DNA from: Ostrea edulis
Taxonomy: Eukaryota
DNA length: 64,000 bases
Direction of reading: 5' to 3'
Assembly (NCBI RefSeq): GCF_947568905.1
Contig: NC_079165.1
Span: 7,502,001 to 7,566,000, forward strand
In this document: piece after piece, positions 11,601 to 21,982 of the stretch
Layout of the letters: every line of letters starts with the position of its first letter
How positions within the stretch are numbered: position 1 is the stretch's first letter
Notes under the pieces: generated by a model
Database searches by the model: none
What the model saw: the letters and a program-made list of their open reading frames with translations, nothing else
What the model was told of the DNA's origin: nothing
Made by a program: the position numbers and the translations under genes

Positions 11601-14600
11601 AATCGCTCTTCTGATAAATTGTACAACCCCACCATTTCTATTCTTAGCCTCTTAGTATTCTAAATCTTTAGTTAAATCCTAAGAATTCAAAAAAGTAGGT
11701 CAATGTGACCTACTTTTTGGTTTACACATTTTGAGAACCCAAGAAATATCAAATTAATAAGTTTGATGATTTTAAGCCAATTAGTATCTGAATATTGAAA
11801 TATAGCTGTCAAATTCCAATCGTAGGTCATGGTGACCTACTTTTTGGTCAGCGAACTCCGAACATGCAAGACCCATCAACTGACAAAGTTTGATGACTGT
11901 AGGTCAAATAGTATCTGAAATATATAAATATAGCCGTCCAATTCCAAAAGTAGGTCAAGGTGACCTACTTTTTCATCAACACCCTTCAAACATGCAAGAC
12001 CCAACAACTGACAAAGTTTGATGACTGTAGGTCAAATAGTATCTGAATTATATAAATAGAGCCGTCCAATTCCAAATGTAGGTCAAGGTGACCTACTTTT
12101 TGGTCGACACCCTTTGAACATGCAAGACGCATCAACTGACAAAGTTTGATGACTGTAGGTCAAATAGTATCTGAAATATATAAATATAGCCGTCCAATTC
12201 CAAAAGTAGGTCAAGGTGACCTACTTTTTGGTCGAAACCCTTCGAACATGCAAGACCCATCAACTGACAAAGTTTGATGACTGTAGGTCAAATAGTATCT
12301 GAAATATATAAATATAGCCGTCAAATTCCAAAAGTAGGTCAAGGTGACCTACTTTCTGGTCGACACACTCCGTAGACTCAAGATGCATCAACTGTCAAAG
12401 TTTGATGATTGTAGGTCAATTAGTGACTGAAATATATAAATATAACTGTCAAATGCCAAAAGTAGGTCACAGTGACCTACTTTGTGGTCGATACACTCCG
12501 AAGACTCAAGATGCATCAACTGACAAAGTTTGATGATTGTAGGTCAAATAGTGTCTGAAATATAGTAATTCAGCTGTCAAATACCAAAAGTAGGTCACGG
12601 TGACCTACGTTTTGGTCGACACAGACCGAAGACTGAAGACGCATCAACTGACAAAGTTTGATGATCCTAGCTTTTACAGTGCCCAAAATATGCATCTAAA
12701 ATTGAAAATGTGAAATTTGAATATCTGCAAAATTCAAAAAGTAGGTCACTGTGACCTACTTTTTTTATAAATATGTTTCAAGGCCTCAAGATGCATCAAC
12801 TTACAAGATTTGATGATTCTAAACCTCTCGGTATTTGAAATAACAACTTAAAATATATCTATAAATGATAAGCCATAAAATTCAGAAAGTAGGTCACGGT
12901 GACCTATTTTTCAGTTGACGCATTTCAAGGTCCCATGATCCACCAACTGACAAGTTTTGATGATCATAGGCTTCAAAGTGTCCAAGATATGCATCAAAAT
13001 TAATTTTAAAATAAATACCTGCAAAATTCAAAAAGTAGGTCACCGTGACCTACTTTTGAGACAACTTGACACAAGGTCCTAAGATGCATCAACTGTCAAA
13101 ATTTGATGATCCTAGTCCTTATAATGACTAAAATATCAAAGATTTAAGAAAATATAAATTTAGGTCAACTTTGAAGTGACCTTGACACCACGCCCTTTGC
13201 CCAAGGGTAATGCCTTGAACAATTTTTAATCTACAACATATCCTTATCCTTATGTGTAAGTTTGGTGATAATCTGCCCAGTGGTTCTTGAGAAGAAGATT
13301 TTTTAGCAACCACTACTTTTGTTTGTATTTTCCTGATTATCTCCCCTTGTTAAAGGGTCACATCCCTCTATTTAGTATGTGTGAAAGCCCTTGGGCCAAT
13401 GATACCCTGTAACAAATTTGAAAAAAATTGGCCAAGGGGTTCTTGAGTTATAGCCCTTTTTCTAAAAAGTTTACGCACACCGCACAAATGGCCATAGCAT
13501 TAGCTCTTTGAGCCTTTGGCTCTGAAGCGCTAAAAAACCACTTGTAATATCATTCATCCAAGATTGATAATACAAGTTTGTTTTCTTTCTGTGCTTTCGC
13601 CCGTGGACGAATGATATGATTGCTGCTAAAAACATGGCCCAGAAAATGTCACTGGATAATCAATACCCTCGAGTGCCCAGTAGTCGTGCGCTTAAGAGAG
13701 TATCCGTTTCAAGAAACAGTTAAACGAAATATTAGCTTATTTCACATGATATTTTAACTTACCATGTTATAATCTTACTTTCTCTTTATTCAAAATATTT
13801 CAAAGCGGTTTATCATGTTTATTATTGAGACATAAAGCAAGTGAAGTTCAACGTCAGCCATATTTGTTTAGGACCAGTAGTCGTGCACCCGGATGTAACA
13901 GCTAAATGAGGCCAAGAAAAACACATTTTTAGTGTGTGGTAACTTTTTTCATTCATTTCTTAAATATCACATTCGTTTTATGCATTTACACTTATATACA
14001 GCTAATGGAAATGAAATATTTCATTACACTGATTGCATTTCACAGTTTGATGAATTTCAATATGAAACTCAAAATACCATAAATTTCACAACAGAATAAA
14101 TATGATAGGCATCAAAATAACATCAAAGTCAACTATATTTCGAATAATGAAACTGTTCAAAACTTGGTAATAAACATATTTCAAAAGTACACGTGTTTAC
14201 TCTATTTACAGTGGGGACATTTATACTGATCACCAATACGAATCACTCTGATATCAATACAGTAGTTTAAGTGAACCCAATGTCTGCACATATCACATTG
14301 CACCCACTTCACAAAAATTAGGGATGCACTTTGTCGGACGGCTTCAGGTGTGTACTTTTTACAAATGCAGCACAGTTCTTCCTCAGAAATGGAAACATCT
14401 TCGGAATCTTCGGATAAAAGATATCGGTTTGTAGACCCAGGTTCCTGAGAATGATCCTTAGTATGATGAGAAGTGTTTATCTTCTTACTACTCGTTGGGC
14501 CCATGTAGGAAGGTCCAGGTTCCTGAGAGTCATTGTTAGTCCGACATGAAGTTTTCTTGTTCCTTGCATTTGCGTGGCTTTTTCCTGTAGATTTCTTATT

Positions 14601-17600
14601 GGATGAAACATGCTCTTTAATTTTATTGGACACCTCAAGCTCAGTAATTGCTCTGCCTGATGTTATCTTGCTGAGAGTATTGCGTGGTTTTTTGGCCCTC
14701 GATCCTTCAGATTTTACATGGACAAGCTCCCTCGTGCGTTCAGCAAAAAAATTTAAGCTATTGTTCTCAACTATAACATCATTATCATCCTCATCTGCCT
14801 CTGCCATTTCTTGATTTTCCTCATGGGTGACCGTCAAGATTGCATATGAAGGTGCCATGGCTTCTGCTGGGACTACATCAGCATTAAATGGGTATATCCG
14901 ACACTTGCGGAAGGCAGACTGAAGGTTTTCTGCTGAAAGAGCTTTTGTATATGCACGGCATGCTAGCGAACAAATATCCTGCTTCAATATAACTGTTGAT
15001 GTTTCTCTCATCTGTTTATGACACAAATTGTTATAGATTTTCTGGAGGGGGCCATAACAACCAACATCCATGGGTTGAAGAATATGACTTGTGTGTGCTG
15101 GCAATACATGCAGTATAACATTGTGTTCCTTGGCCCATTCCACCGCAGCAACAGAAACATGGGACTTGTGTCCATCCAACAATAACAAAACTGGTTCATG
15201 CAGTCCACCAGGAACATGTTGAAGGAAGTGGTTCTGTAGATATTGTAGGAAAATAACAGAGTTAGACCAACCACTCTCTGATACATCACCAGTTGCTCCA
15301 GGTGTTGCGCCTTCCATCAACTCTGTCCTCATGCGCATTCCAGGAAATACAAAATATGGTGGAATGGTAACCCCCGAGGCACTACCACATCCCAATATAG
15401 TGACTGTAGAGGATTTTCCTGTTGTAACTGCCTGTGGAGTTTGTCCGGTGCCCGATACTACATGAGGAGGCACATGATTAAGGGTAATTCCTTTCTCATC
15501 AATGTTGAATATTCTATGGGGTTTGTCCAATAAACTGTATTTCTTAGGAATAGTTGAAAGTTCGTCAAAGTACTTTTTCACATTTCCTGGATTTGCTGAT
15601 TTTGCTCGTTGGTACTCTAAGGCTCTTGGCTTTACAACCTTCAAGTCTGGCCACCGCTTCATCAATCCTCTAAACCATATAAGTGTGAGGGGTTTCTGTT
15701 GTTTAGTCTTTTTACCAAGTTGAATTGCATAATCTGATGCAATGTTAGTCACTTCTTGTCGTGTGTATCCATACCCCAGTGCTGCCATTTCCTTCAAGTG
15801 GGACACTAGCATGGCTTCTTCTTCCTGTCCTAATAAAGGTGCTGGTCCCATAGTGACCTTCTCCATATCAACTTTCCCTTTCACGCGGTCACGAAGAGTT
15901 TGGACGGGGACACTATATTTCTTCGCTGCCTTACGGACACTAATACCCATATCCTTGACAGCCAGATAGGCATTGATAAGTCGAGTTGGACTGTATTGTC
16001 TCAACCTAACATCTGTTTTTTTCTTTGAAGTCTAAAACAGTAAAAGAGATAACTTTATCACTTTACATGTATTAGTCTATTACTAGTACTAACTTCAAAT
16101 TAAAAAATAAAATTTGATTTACTCATAGATGTAACATTTTAATATATATGGTAGATTAGTGTACATTATTAGATCATATTATAAAATTAAATCGATGAAA
16201 TTTATGAAATAAAGTACTATTCTTTAATAACAATTACTACACACTAATTCCCTACGTCTTATACAACCTTCCAAATAAAAATAATGGACTACCAAATTTT
16301 CAATACACCAACAATTAAAATATTTGGCCTCGTAAACAATTCAAACTACGTGGTAGCCTTCACCTTGGGTTATGCTAATTAGCCATGTGGTTGGTATGTC
16401 CACAGGTTGCGGTTCAGTATGATTAACATATACTTTCACAGACAGGGGGAAAAGCATTAACAAAATGGCGGGTATTTTGGGTGTATAATTGTATTTTTAT
16501 CCTTCTTACCTGTTTGTTTCGCATATTTCACTCTGAGTAAAAATACGGACGCTCTCTTCTATTATCTTCGAAAATCAGCTGCTCGTGACGTAATATTTGG
16601 GCACGCGCCCCGATTATGACAACAAACAAAATGGCGCACGACTACTGGGCACGCACGACTTTAGGACCTTCAGCCATACTTCTTCCGTTAAACTTCGACT
16701 TAAAAGTTTTTACTGAAAGGCCACTCTAGCAGCATTGTCTCAATAAATATTTAAAAGCATTTGAGAGAATGGGAGTCACACATTTATTTTATACTTGTAT
16801 ATTTATGGGGGAAAATCCTTTATTATAGTTCTTTTTATCAAAACTCTTCATTGTCATTGGGATTTTTTAATTTATCATATTGAGGTATTGAAATTAAATA
16901 TGTCAGACACTCAGTCACATGATTACGATCCAATTCTATTCTGTATTAGTGGCAAAACAGCAAAGATAACCAGTAAATTACAAAATACTCTTTTGACTAT
17001 TTCTGAAAAGCAAAATATACTCATTGATTTGAAAATCAAGGGGTAAATACTTTTTGTGGTAAAAAATTATCTGGAGCTCTGATATTACTACATCACTTGA
17101 GGGTGGAATTACTTTAAAAGCATATAAAACACTTCTCACTAATTTCAAATGGAGCAATTTACCCAGAGCTACGAGGATGGAGGCTGTCCAGAAGACATCA
17201 CCACAGAGCGTGGCTGTGTACACCAGCACGACCACAGTGTCACCAAACCTCTCCTGAATAGGATCCAGCATGGTGAGGTATTGATGTTTTCGCATTCGAC
17301 CAGCGAAAACAATACCACCTGTTACGATAAAAACAAGTAAATCATCCCCCCCAAAAAACCTCATTTCATCAAAACAATCAAATGTACCATTCAAAACTGT
17401 GACGTCGTACGATTTCGTAGATTTGTTGATATGTAATTTATGGACAGCTATTCTATGTACTTCCTTTATGAACAAAAATGGTATCCTGTAAAGCACTGGA
17501 TTTTACATGTTGGCCATAAAAACAAAAAAAAAATAGTATTCAACAAAAAATTACAGAATCATGCTTTTAAACTGATGCTAATTCAAATATACAATGTAAG

Positions 17601-18733
17601 CTGTCCAGTCTAAACAAGCTTGGTATAAGAAAAAATTACAATGAAACCGAAATTTAGGATTTTAATTAATTACCAGTGATCAATCCCATGAAGATACCAA
17701 ATGGAGCCAGTGTCCACACCAAGCCTGATGATGCGATGGATTCTGCTGTTCCATTAATGTAACCTCCCCCTACTGTTGTGGCTGCCAAATATTTAACAAA
17801 GTATTTTTTTTTTAAATGTCAACTTCATCTAAATACAGGTCAATAGACAAAACACAGTAAATAATAAACATACAATGTTATGTAGCATGGTGGATGTTTT
17901 CCTGCTCTGTGCATGAATTTTCATTTCGATGACCCCATACTGCAGCCCCAAAGGATCATAACATAACTGAAAATGCACTCGCATAACACAGAGATGCCTA
18001 AACACCAATATATATGACTATTATGACCTTGCTGTTCTGGATAAGACCAAGGTCAAAGATCATGGTATGAAATGAGAGATCTAGCTATAAGAAATCTACA
18101 TAAAAACATGAAAGCTCCATAAATAGTTCTGGAGATACTGAATAGGTAAAATTGATATCATACGTAGGTCAAACTTCTAGGTCAAGGTCACAAGGTCAAA
18201 CACCAAGGTATCATGCTGTAAAGAATCTATACACAAAATATGAAAGCTCTATATCGTTTAGGAAAAATTGAATCGTACAGGTTTTTTTAAAAGTAGGTCA
18301 AGGTCACATGATCAAACACAATTGTATCACAAGGTCTTGCAATAGTTAAACTATATACAAATCATGAAAGTCATGCCTTGAATAGTTCCAAAGATATTGA
18401 ACAAGTTATGTTTTTTTAACAGTAGGTCAAAATCCAAGGTCACAAGGTCAAATGTTATAGTATGAAATTAAAGGTCTTGCTATAAGAAATCCAATTACAA
18501 AATGTGATCTACCTTTAATGGTTAAGGAGATATTGAATGGGTCAGCGCTTTTTTAAAGTAGGTCAAACTCAAAGGTCAAAAGATCAAACATCATTGTATC
18601 ACAAGGTCTGGCCACAAAGAATCTATGAACAAAATATGAAAATCTTACCTAAAATAGTTCTGTCTATCTTCAATAAGTTATGTTTTCTTTTAAAAGCAAG
18701 TTAAACTTAAGAGTTCTACAGCATATTTCTACA

Positions 18734-18779
<46 letters not shown>

Positions 18780-20114
18780 ATATAAAACTTTGATCCCCTA
18801 TTCTGGCCCCAATCTACACCCAGGGATCATGTTTTGAACAAACTTAAATCTACTCTATGTCAGCAAACTTTCAAATAAATGTCAACTTTTCTAGATTGGC
18901 TTAGTGATTCTTTAGAAGATTTTTAAAGTTTCCCCTAAATATGAATTTCATAGTTTTGGTATAGGGCTCATTGCTCGTTATAGTTAATTTGATGCGAATG
19001 ATTCAGGTGTCCTAAAAACTCATCAAGTTGTCTTGTGAATTCATGATCTTGCAATTTGATGTCTGCCTGTCCTTTCACAATATTTAGCATTCACGTCAAA
19101 TAAGGAATTTACAGTAATCAAAGAAAGGATTAACATCCAAATAAACCATCAGAAAAATGACTCTGACAATGGTCCTTTCCATGCTTTATTTCTCCAATAT
19201 CAGAAAGTGTCAATTACTGAAACAAAATATCAAAAGAAAAAAGTTTTTACTCTAATAATGTACAACTAATTTAATTTTTGAAATACACTTGGCACTGACA
19301 CCATGGGAAACATGTACACCTAGTTTGATGGTCCTAGTTTTACCTATGTATTACTACATGTACTGTTTTTCCTTCGTGTTTGCCTATATAAGCATCACAT
19401 GACCTTTGACTTTGAAAAAACCCAGGCATCTTCCTCTCACCAGTCACCATGGGGAACATCTGTACTACTACAGATTTAATTATCCTAGCCTTCTTAATTC
19501 TTTTTTATCCTTTCCACAAGTTGCTAACAGATGAACAGACAGGCTATGATGAATCCATTTGATTCTCCTTTCCTTACTAATTATGTTTCTATATTGTTTT
19601 GTACCTTAAGATTTGACCTATGGATGACCTTGAAAAACAATACGCTTCTTCTAATCCTTGAAAACATGGGTAACAAGTTTAAAAATCCCAGCCTTACAAT
19701 CACGAAGTTTGACCCTGACCTTTGATTACCCTTGTAAGTTTGATCTTGGTCTTAGACCTTGAAAAACATTTGGTTGATTGGGAACACACATAACAAGTTT
19801 GATGATCTTTAGCCATACAAGTAGTTTTCATTTGACCCACAAGGTGTTGATATCTGGACAGACGCAATTCTTCACACCAAACACAAACAATCTTTCAGAA
19901 AAATCAAAATTTCATCCAATTTGTGAGCACTGCCATTACCTGTCATGGTGAAGATTCCCACGACCACATTAATGTCCCTCCCCGCCACAATAGCCTCCTC
20001 CATGCGCAAGGTCCCATTCACTTTCCTCTTCAGCCTGGCGGCCAGAATTCCAACTACGATGATGATGAGGTAACATATCAGGAGGACCACCAAGCCCAGC
20101 ACATTCACCGCCAT
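2134..20114 (-). CDS. SLC5A7: High-affinity choline transporter 1-like sodium:solute symporter (SLC5 family), 9 coding exons, 527 aa
   Basis: Exons 19940-20114, 17674-17781, 17163-17318, 10558-10706, 9710-9835, 9098-9251, 3119-3226, 2907-3013, 2134-2634; all GT-AG; sum 1584 nt = 527 aa + stop. CHT1 motifs: GRDI, TA[13 protein letters not shown], Y-x-[23 protein letters not shown]-x-DSSIL, VYGL. Symbol means SLC5A7-like; may be a divergent paralog. Confidence 0.93.
2907..3013 (-). CDS. SLC5A7: SLC5A7-like exon 8 ([19 protein letters not shown]...IIRKK)
   Basis: Inside ORF 2781-3026; acceptor tccag, donor gtaaat; 107 nt. Confidence 0.9.
3119..3226 (-). CDS. SLC5A7: SLC5A7-like exon 7 (DWTNTTLG...TPSWVAII)
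   Basis: Acceptor ccttttag, donor gtatgg; 108 nt. Confidence 0.85.
4372..7796 (-). pseudogene. Spliced hAT (ZNF862-like) transposase, about 715 aa, one frameshift near 5656
   Basis: Exons 7427-7796 (MGKRK..., W-x2-Y...FC-x2-C...KH zinc-finger-like region), 6189-6376, 4372-5960 with GT-AG sites. Motifs [22 protein letters not shown] (CxxH), [14 protein letters not shown]. Frame changes between ORF 5583-5933 and ORF 4372-5655 (CTT GT ATG). Confidence 0.85.
6410..6579. mobile_element. 170-bp MITE-like insert inside the hAT transposase intron
   Basis: CAGTGGCGGATCCAG versus reverse complement CAGGGACGGACCCAG (12/15); C-rich interior; no TSD found. Confidence 0.5.
9040..9139. repeat. 50-bp tandem duplication of the exon 6 3' end plus splice donor
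   Basis: TATGTTACCTGCAGTGGT(A/G)GCCACAGCCCCTATGAGAATAGACGGGAT at 9040 and 9090. Confidence 0.95.
9098..9251 (-). CDS. SLC5A7: SLC5A7-like exon 6 ([16 protein letters not shown]...GAVATTA)
   Basis: Acceptor ttgtag, donor gtaaca; 154 nt. Confidence 0.92.
9710..9835 (-). CDS. SLC5A7: SLC5A7-like exon 5 (GLSLPFVL...WIDLFIAM)
   Basis: Acceptor ttgcag, donor gtaaca; 126 nt, phase 0/0. Confidence 0.85.
10369..10525. repeat. About 35-bp minisatellite, about 4 copies
   Basis: GGATCAGTAGCTCTCTGGTCTGAGTTTACCC unit repeated close to the exon 4 donor. Confidence 0.85.
10558..10706 (-). CDS. SLC5A7: SLC5A7-like exon 4 (TSLSVIVN...[16 protein letters not shown])
   Basis: Inside ORF 10528-10746; acceptor gacag, donor gtatgc; 149 nt. 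Confidence 0.9.
11580..13533 (+). mobile_element. Non-autonomous Helentron-type (HINE-like) element with internal tandem array
   Basis: Starts ACAAGAGGCCCAAGGGCC; ends in hairpin TTAGCTCTTTGAGCC-TTT-GGCTCTGAAGCGCTAA; A-rich insertion site, no TSD; 11 internal units each with palindrome AAAGTAGGTCA-nnn-TGACCTACTTT. Confidence 0.75.
13673..16652 (-). mobile_element. pogo-like (Tc1/mariner superfamily) DNA transposon
   Basis: 19-bp perfect inverted repeat GTGCCCAGTAGTCGTGCGC at 13673-13691 and 16634-16652 brackets the transposase; outermost termini and TA TSD not resolved. Confidence 0.75.
14202..16524 (-). CDS. pogo-like DD35D transposase with HTH-psq, CENP-B-type HTH, DDE_1 and C-terminal PHD-like finger, about 614 aa
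   Basis: Uninterrupted ORF 14202-16004, extended by acceptor ttttag at 16031 (TSKKKTDVR) and a 15-nt first exon 16510-16524 (MRNKQ/gtaag). Catalytic [22 protein letters not shown] with 35 residues between D2 and D3; C-x2-C...WVQCDMC-x2-WVH...C...CPHC. Confidence 0.88.
17163..17318 (-). CDS. SLC5A7: SLC5A7-like exon 3 (GIVFAGRM...[10 protein letters not shown])
   Basis: Inside ORF 16978-17496; acceptor aacag, donor gtaaat; 156 nt. Confidence 0.9.
17674..17781 (-). CDS. SLC5A7: SLC5A7-like exon 2 ([15 protein letters not shown]...GLITG)
   Basis: Acceptor ggcag, donor gtaatt; 108 nt; not in the ORF track. Confidence 0.9.
17990..19020. repeat. Degenerate HINE-like fragments with a (TC)n microsatellite at about 18735-18776
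   Basis: Recurrent AAGTAGGTCAA(G)GTCA motifs, TTGAACAAACTT-AATCTAC core, end-like TGATTCAGGTGTCCTAAAAA. Confidence 0.5.
19940..20114 (-). CDS. SLC5A7: SLC5A7-like coding exon 1 (MAVNVLGL...IFTMT)
   Basis: ATG at 20114; donor ACAG/gtaatg; 175 nt. Confidence 0.9.
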
Positions 20115-21982
20115 GCTGGATCTTTATTAGAGTACGAATAGATTATATATATCGAGAAGGAAGTGCACGACGCCAGAGACATTTATTGCATGTCTCTAAA
20201 TATATGTGTAAAAGCACAGCTTTACAAAGATCATAAAGATAAAACACCCTAGACAGCAGTTTGCTTCATGTGTATTCAATCCCAACAGAATATATATTTA
20301 TGGGCCACAGTGCTCACCTGAGTCTTATTGGCCCTGCTGTTCTTCAGACATAATTTTTTTTTACCCTCTTTATTCCCACAAAAATTTTTTTACCCCATAT
20401 CATGACCCCAACTATAGCATTTTTACCCTCTTTATTTCCACCATAAATTCTATACCCATAATATGAGCCCACCTAAGAGTCACACAGGGTCATTACTTAA
20501 CTGAACTTGAATCAACACAACAAAAGGATGCATCAATACAACTAACATGGACTTGCTGTTCACAAGAAGATTTTCCTTAAATAGAAATTGAAATGAAAGG
20601 GTCAAAATTTGGGGGTCATACACTGTATGTTGCTTGTTTACATAAAATTATATCTCTGAATACAAGAATCTACATTTTATGTATATACTCACCATACCCT
20701 GGGCATTTTTCTGACAATCTTCAAAGCAAGGTCTTTCTGTAATATCAACGTATATTGTAAATAAACGAAAGAAAAATATTGGGGTTATGCACAGGCCAAT
20801 GCCCTCTTTAAAAACTATACATTACGCACACTGACTAGCTACACTACAGTTCATGAACGGGTATAAATCATACGCTAAATAACAATTTTTATTTTTATTA
20901 ACAGCAATTCCTTCTTTGCCATATTTCTCTTAAATACCTACAAAATATTTATCTCAAGTATTAATATATATATACAAAACCAAAGCTTTACAACAAAAAT
21001 CCCTTGCCCCACGTGGATCTGTTTATCAATGGATACGGAGTGGTGTAAATGTAGTCCTGGTGAATGTCCTGGACAGCCATAAGTTTGCACGGAGGATAGA
21101 AGCCACAATCGAAAGTTTCTCATTCACCACGGAAAAACGCAAAACAACGTTCAACGTAAACATATTTCGTGACGTTTTCTTATTAAATAATTATATATTC
21201 ATAAAAAAGCAGAAAAAAATAAAAAGCCAAGCCCAACGAAATTAGACGTATAACCATCTTGAGAGCGAAATTGTTATTTTTTTTTATTTCTTTTTTTTTT
21301 TCCTTACGGGTTTGATGCTGATTTAAATCACTACAAGCTGTATCTGACGGTAAATAAATTGAATGTGAGCGTTATATAATTCAGAATCGAAGATATCATT
21401 AATTATTTGAGGAGGTCTTAAATTGTGCGCATCAAATGGATTGATGATATGTCTTCAAATAATTAAAGATATCTACAATATTATTTGAGTTTATGTTAAA
21501 TAGGCACTTCGTAAGGGGGGGGGGGGCTAAGTGTGCCAATGTTTTATATACTGCAGTGACTGAGGAAAATGCGGGTGATACATGTAAGGCACAAAAAAGG
21601 AGGGGGGGGGGGGGGGCGCGAAGTCTCTCTCTGTTAAAATGTCATTAGACCGAAGTGTCAATGATCGTACTATATATATGTGCTGTTGAGTCAGTGAAGT
21701 GTCTCGGACGGGCCGGCCCGATGAATGGGCGCTGGGCACAATAATTGAATTATATACATTGCTCTCTTCAATTGATGATATCATTATTTATTTTTTTCAA
21801 TTTACTTCCCGTTAATTACAGCTTGCTCGCAAAGCTCATGGGTAGTGTTTATGCTTATTTCTCATATATTTCTACTTATTGATAAAATTGCCGACTCCTG
21901 TGAAATGATCCGGAAAGATATCGGGCATCGCTGTCCAAACTACAATTACCGATTGCCGCTTATATTTTGCCGCTTGTGGAAA

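Larger units (their letters stand above)
11229..17081. mobile_element. TIR element with 5-bp TSD hosting nested insertions (5.85 kb) in SLC5A7-like intron 3
   Basis: Perfect 15-bp TIR CAGAGCTCCAGATAA (11229-11243) / TTATCTGGAGCTCTG (17067-17081); ATATT on both flanks (11224-11228, 17082-17086). Confidence 0.8.

Noticed and set aside
11690-13065. Regularly spaced palindromic repeats resembling a CRISPR array
   Set aside because: Spacers are homologous to each other, the context is a eukaryotic intron, there are no cas genes, and the array sits inside a Helentron-type element
13867-16668. TTTAGGACC 9-bp direct repeat as TSD of the pogo element
   Set aside because: pogo elements duplicate TA, and the sequences inside these repeats do not form matching termini; more likely part of the terminal motif set
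21845-21982. 46-aa N-terminal extension of HPF1 given by the ORF track
   Set aside because: Alternative start codon with no recognisable similarity; the ATG at 21983 has good context and directly precedes the PBZ finger
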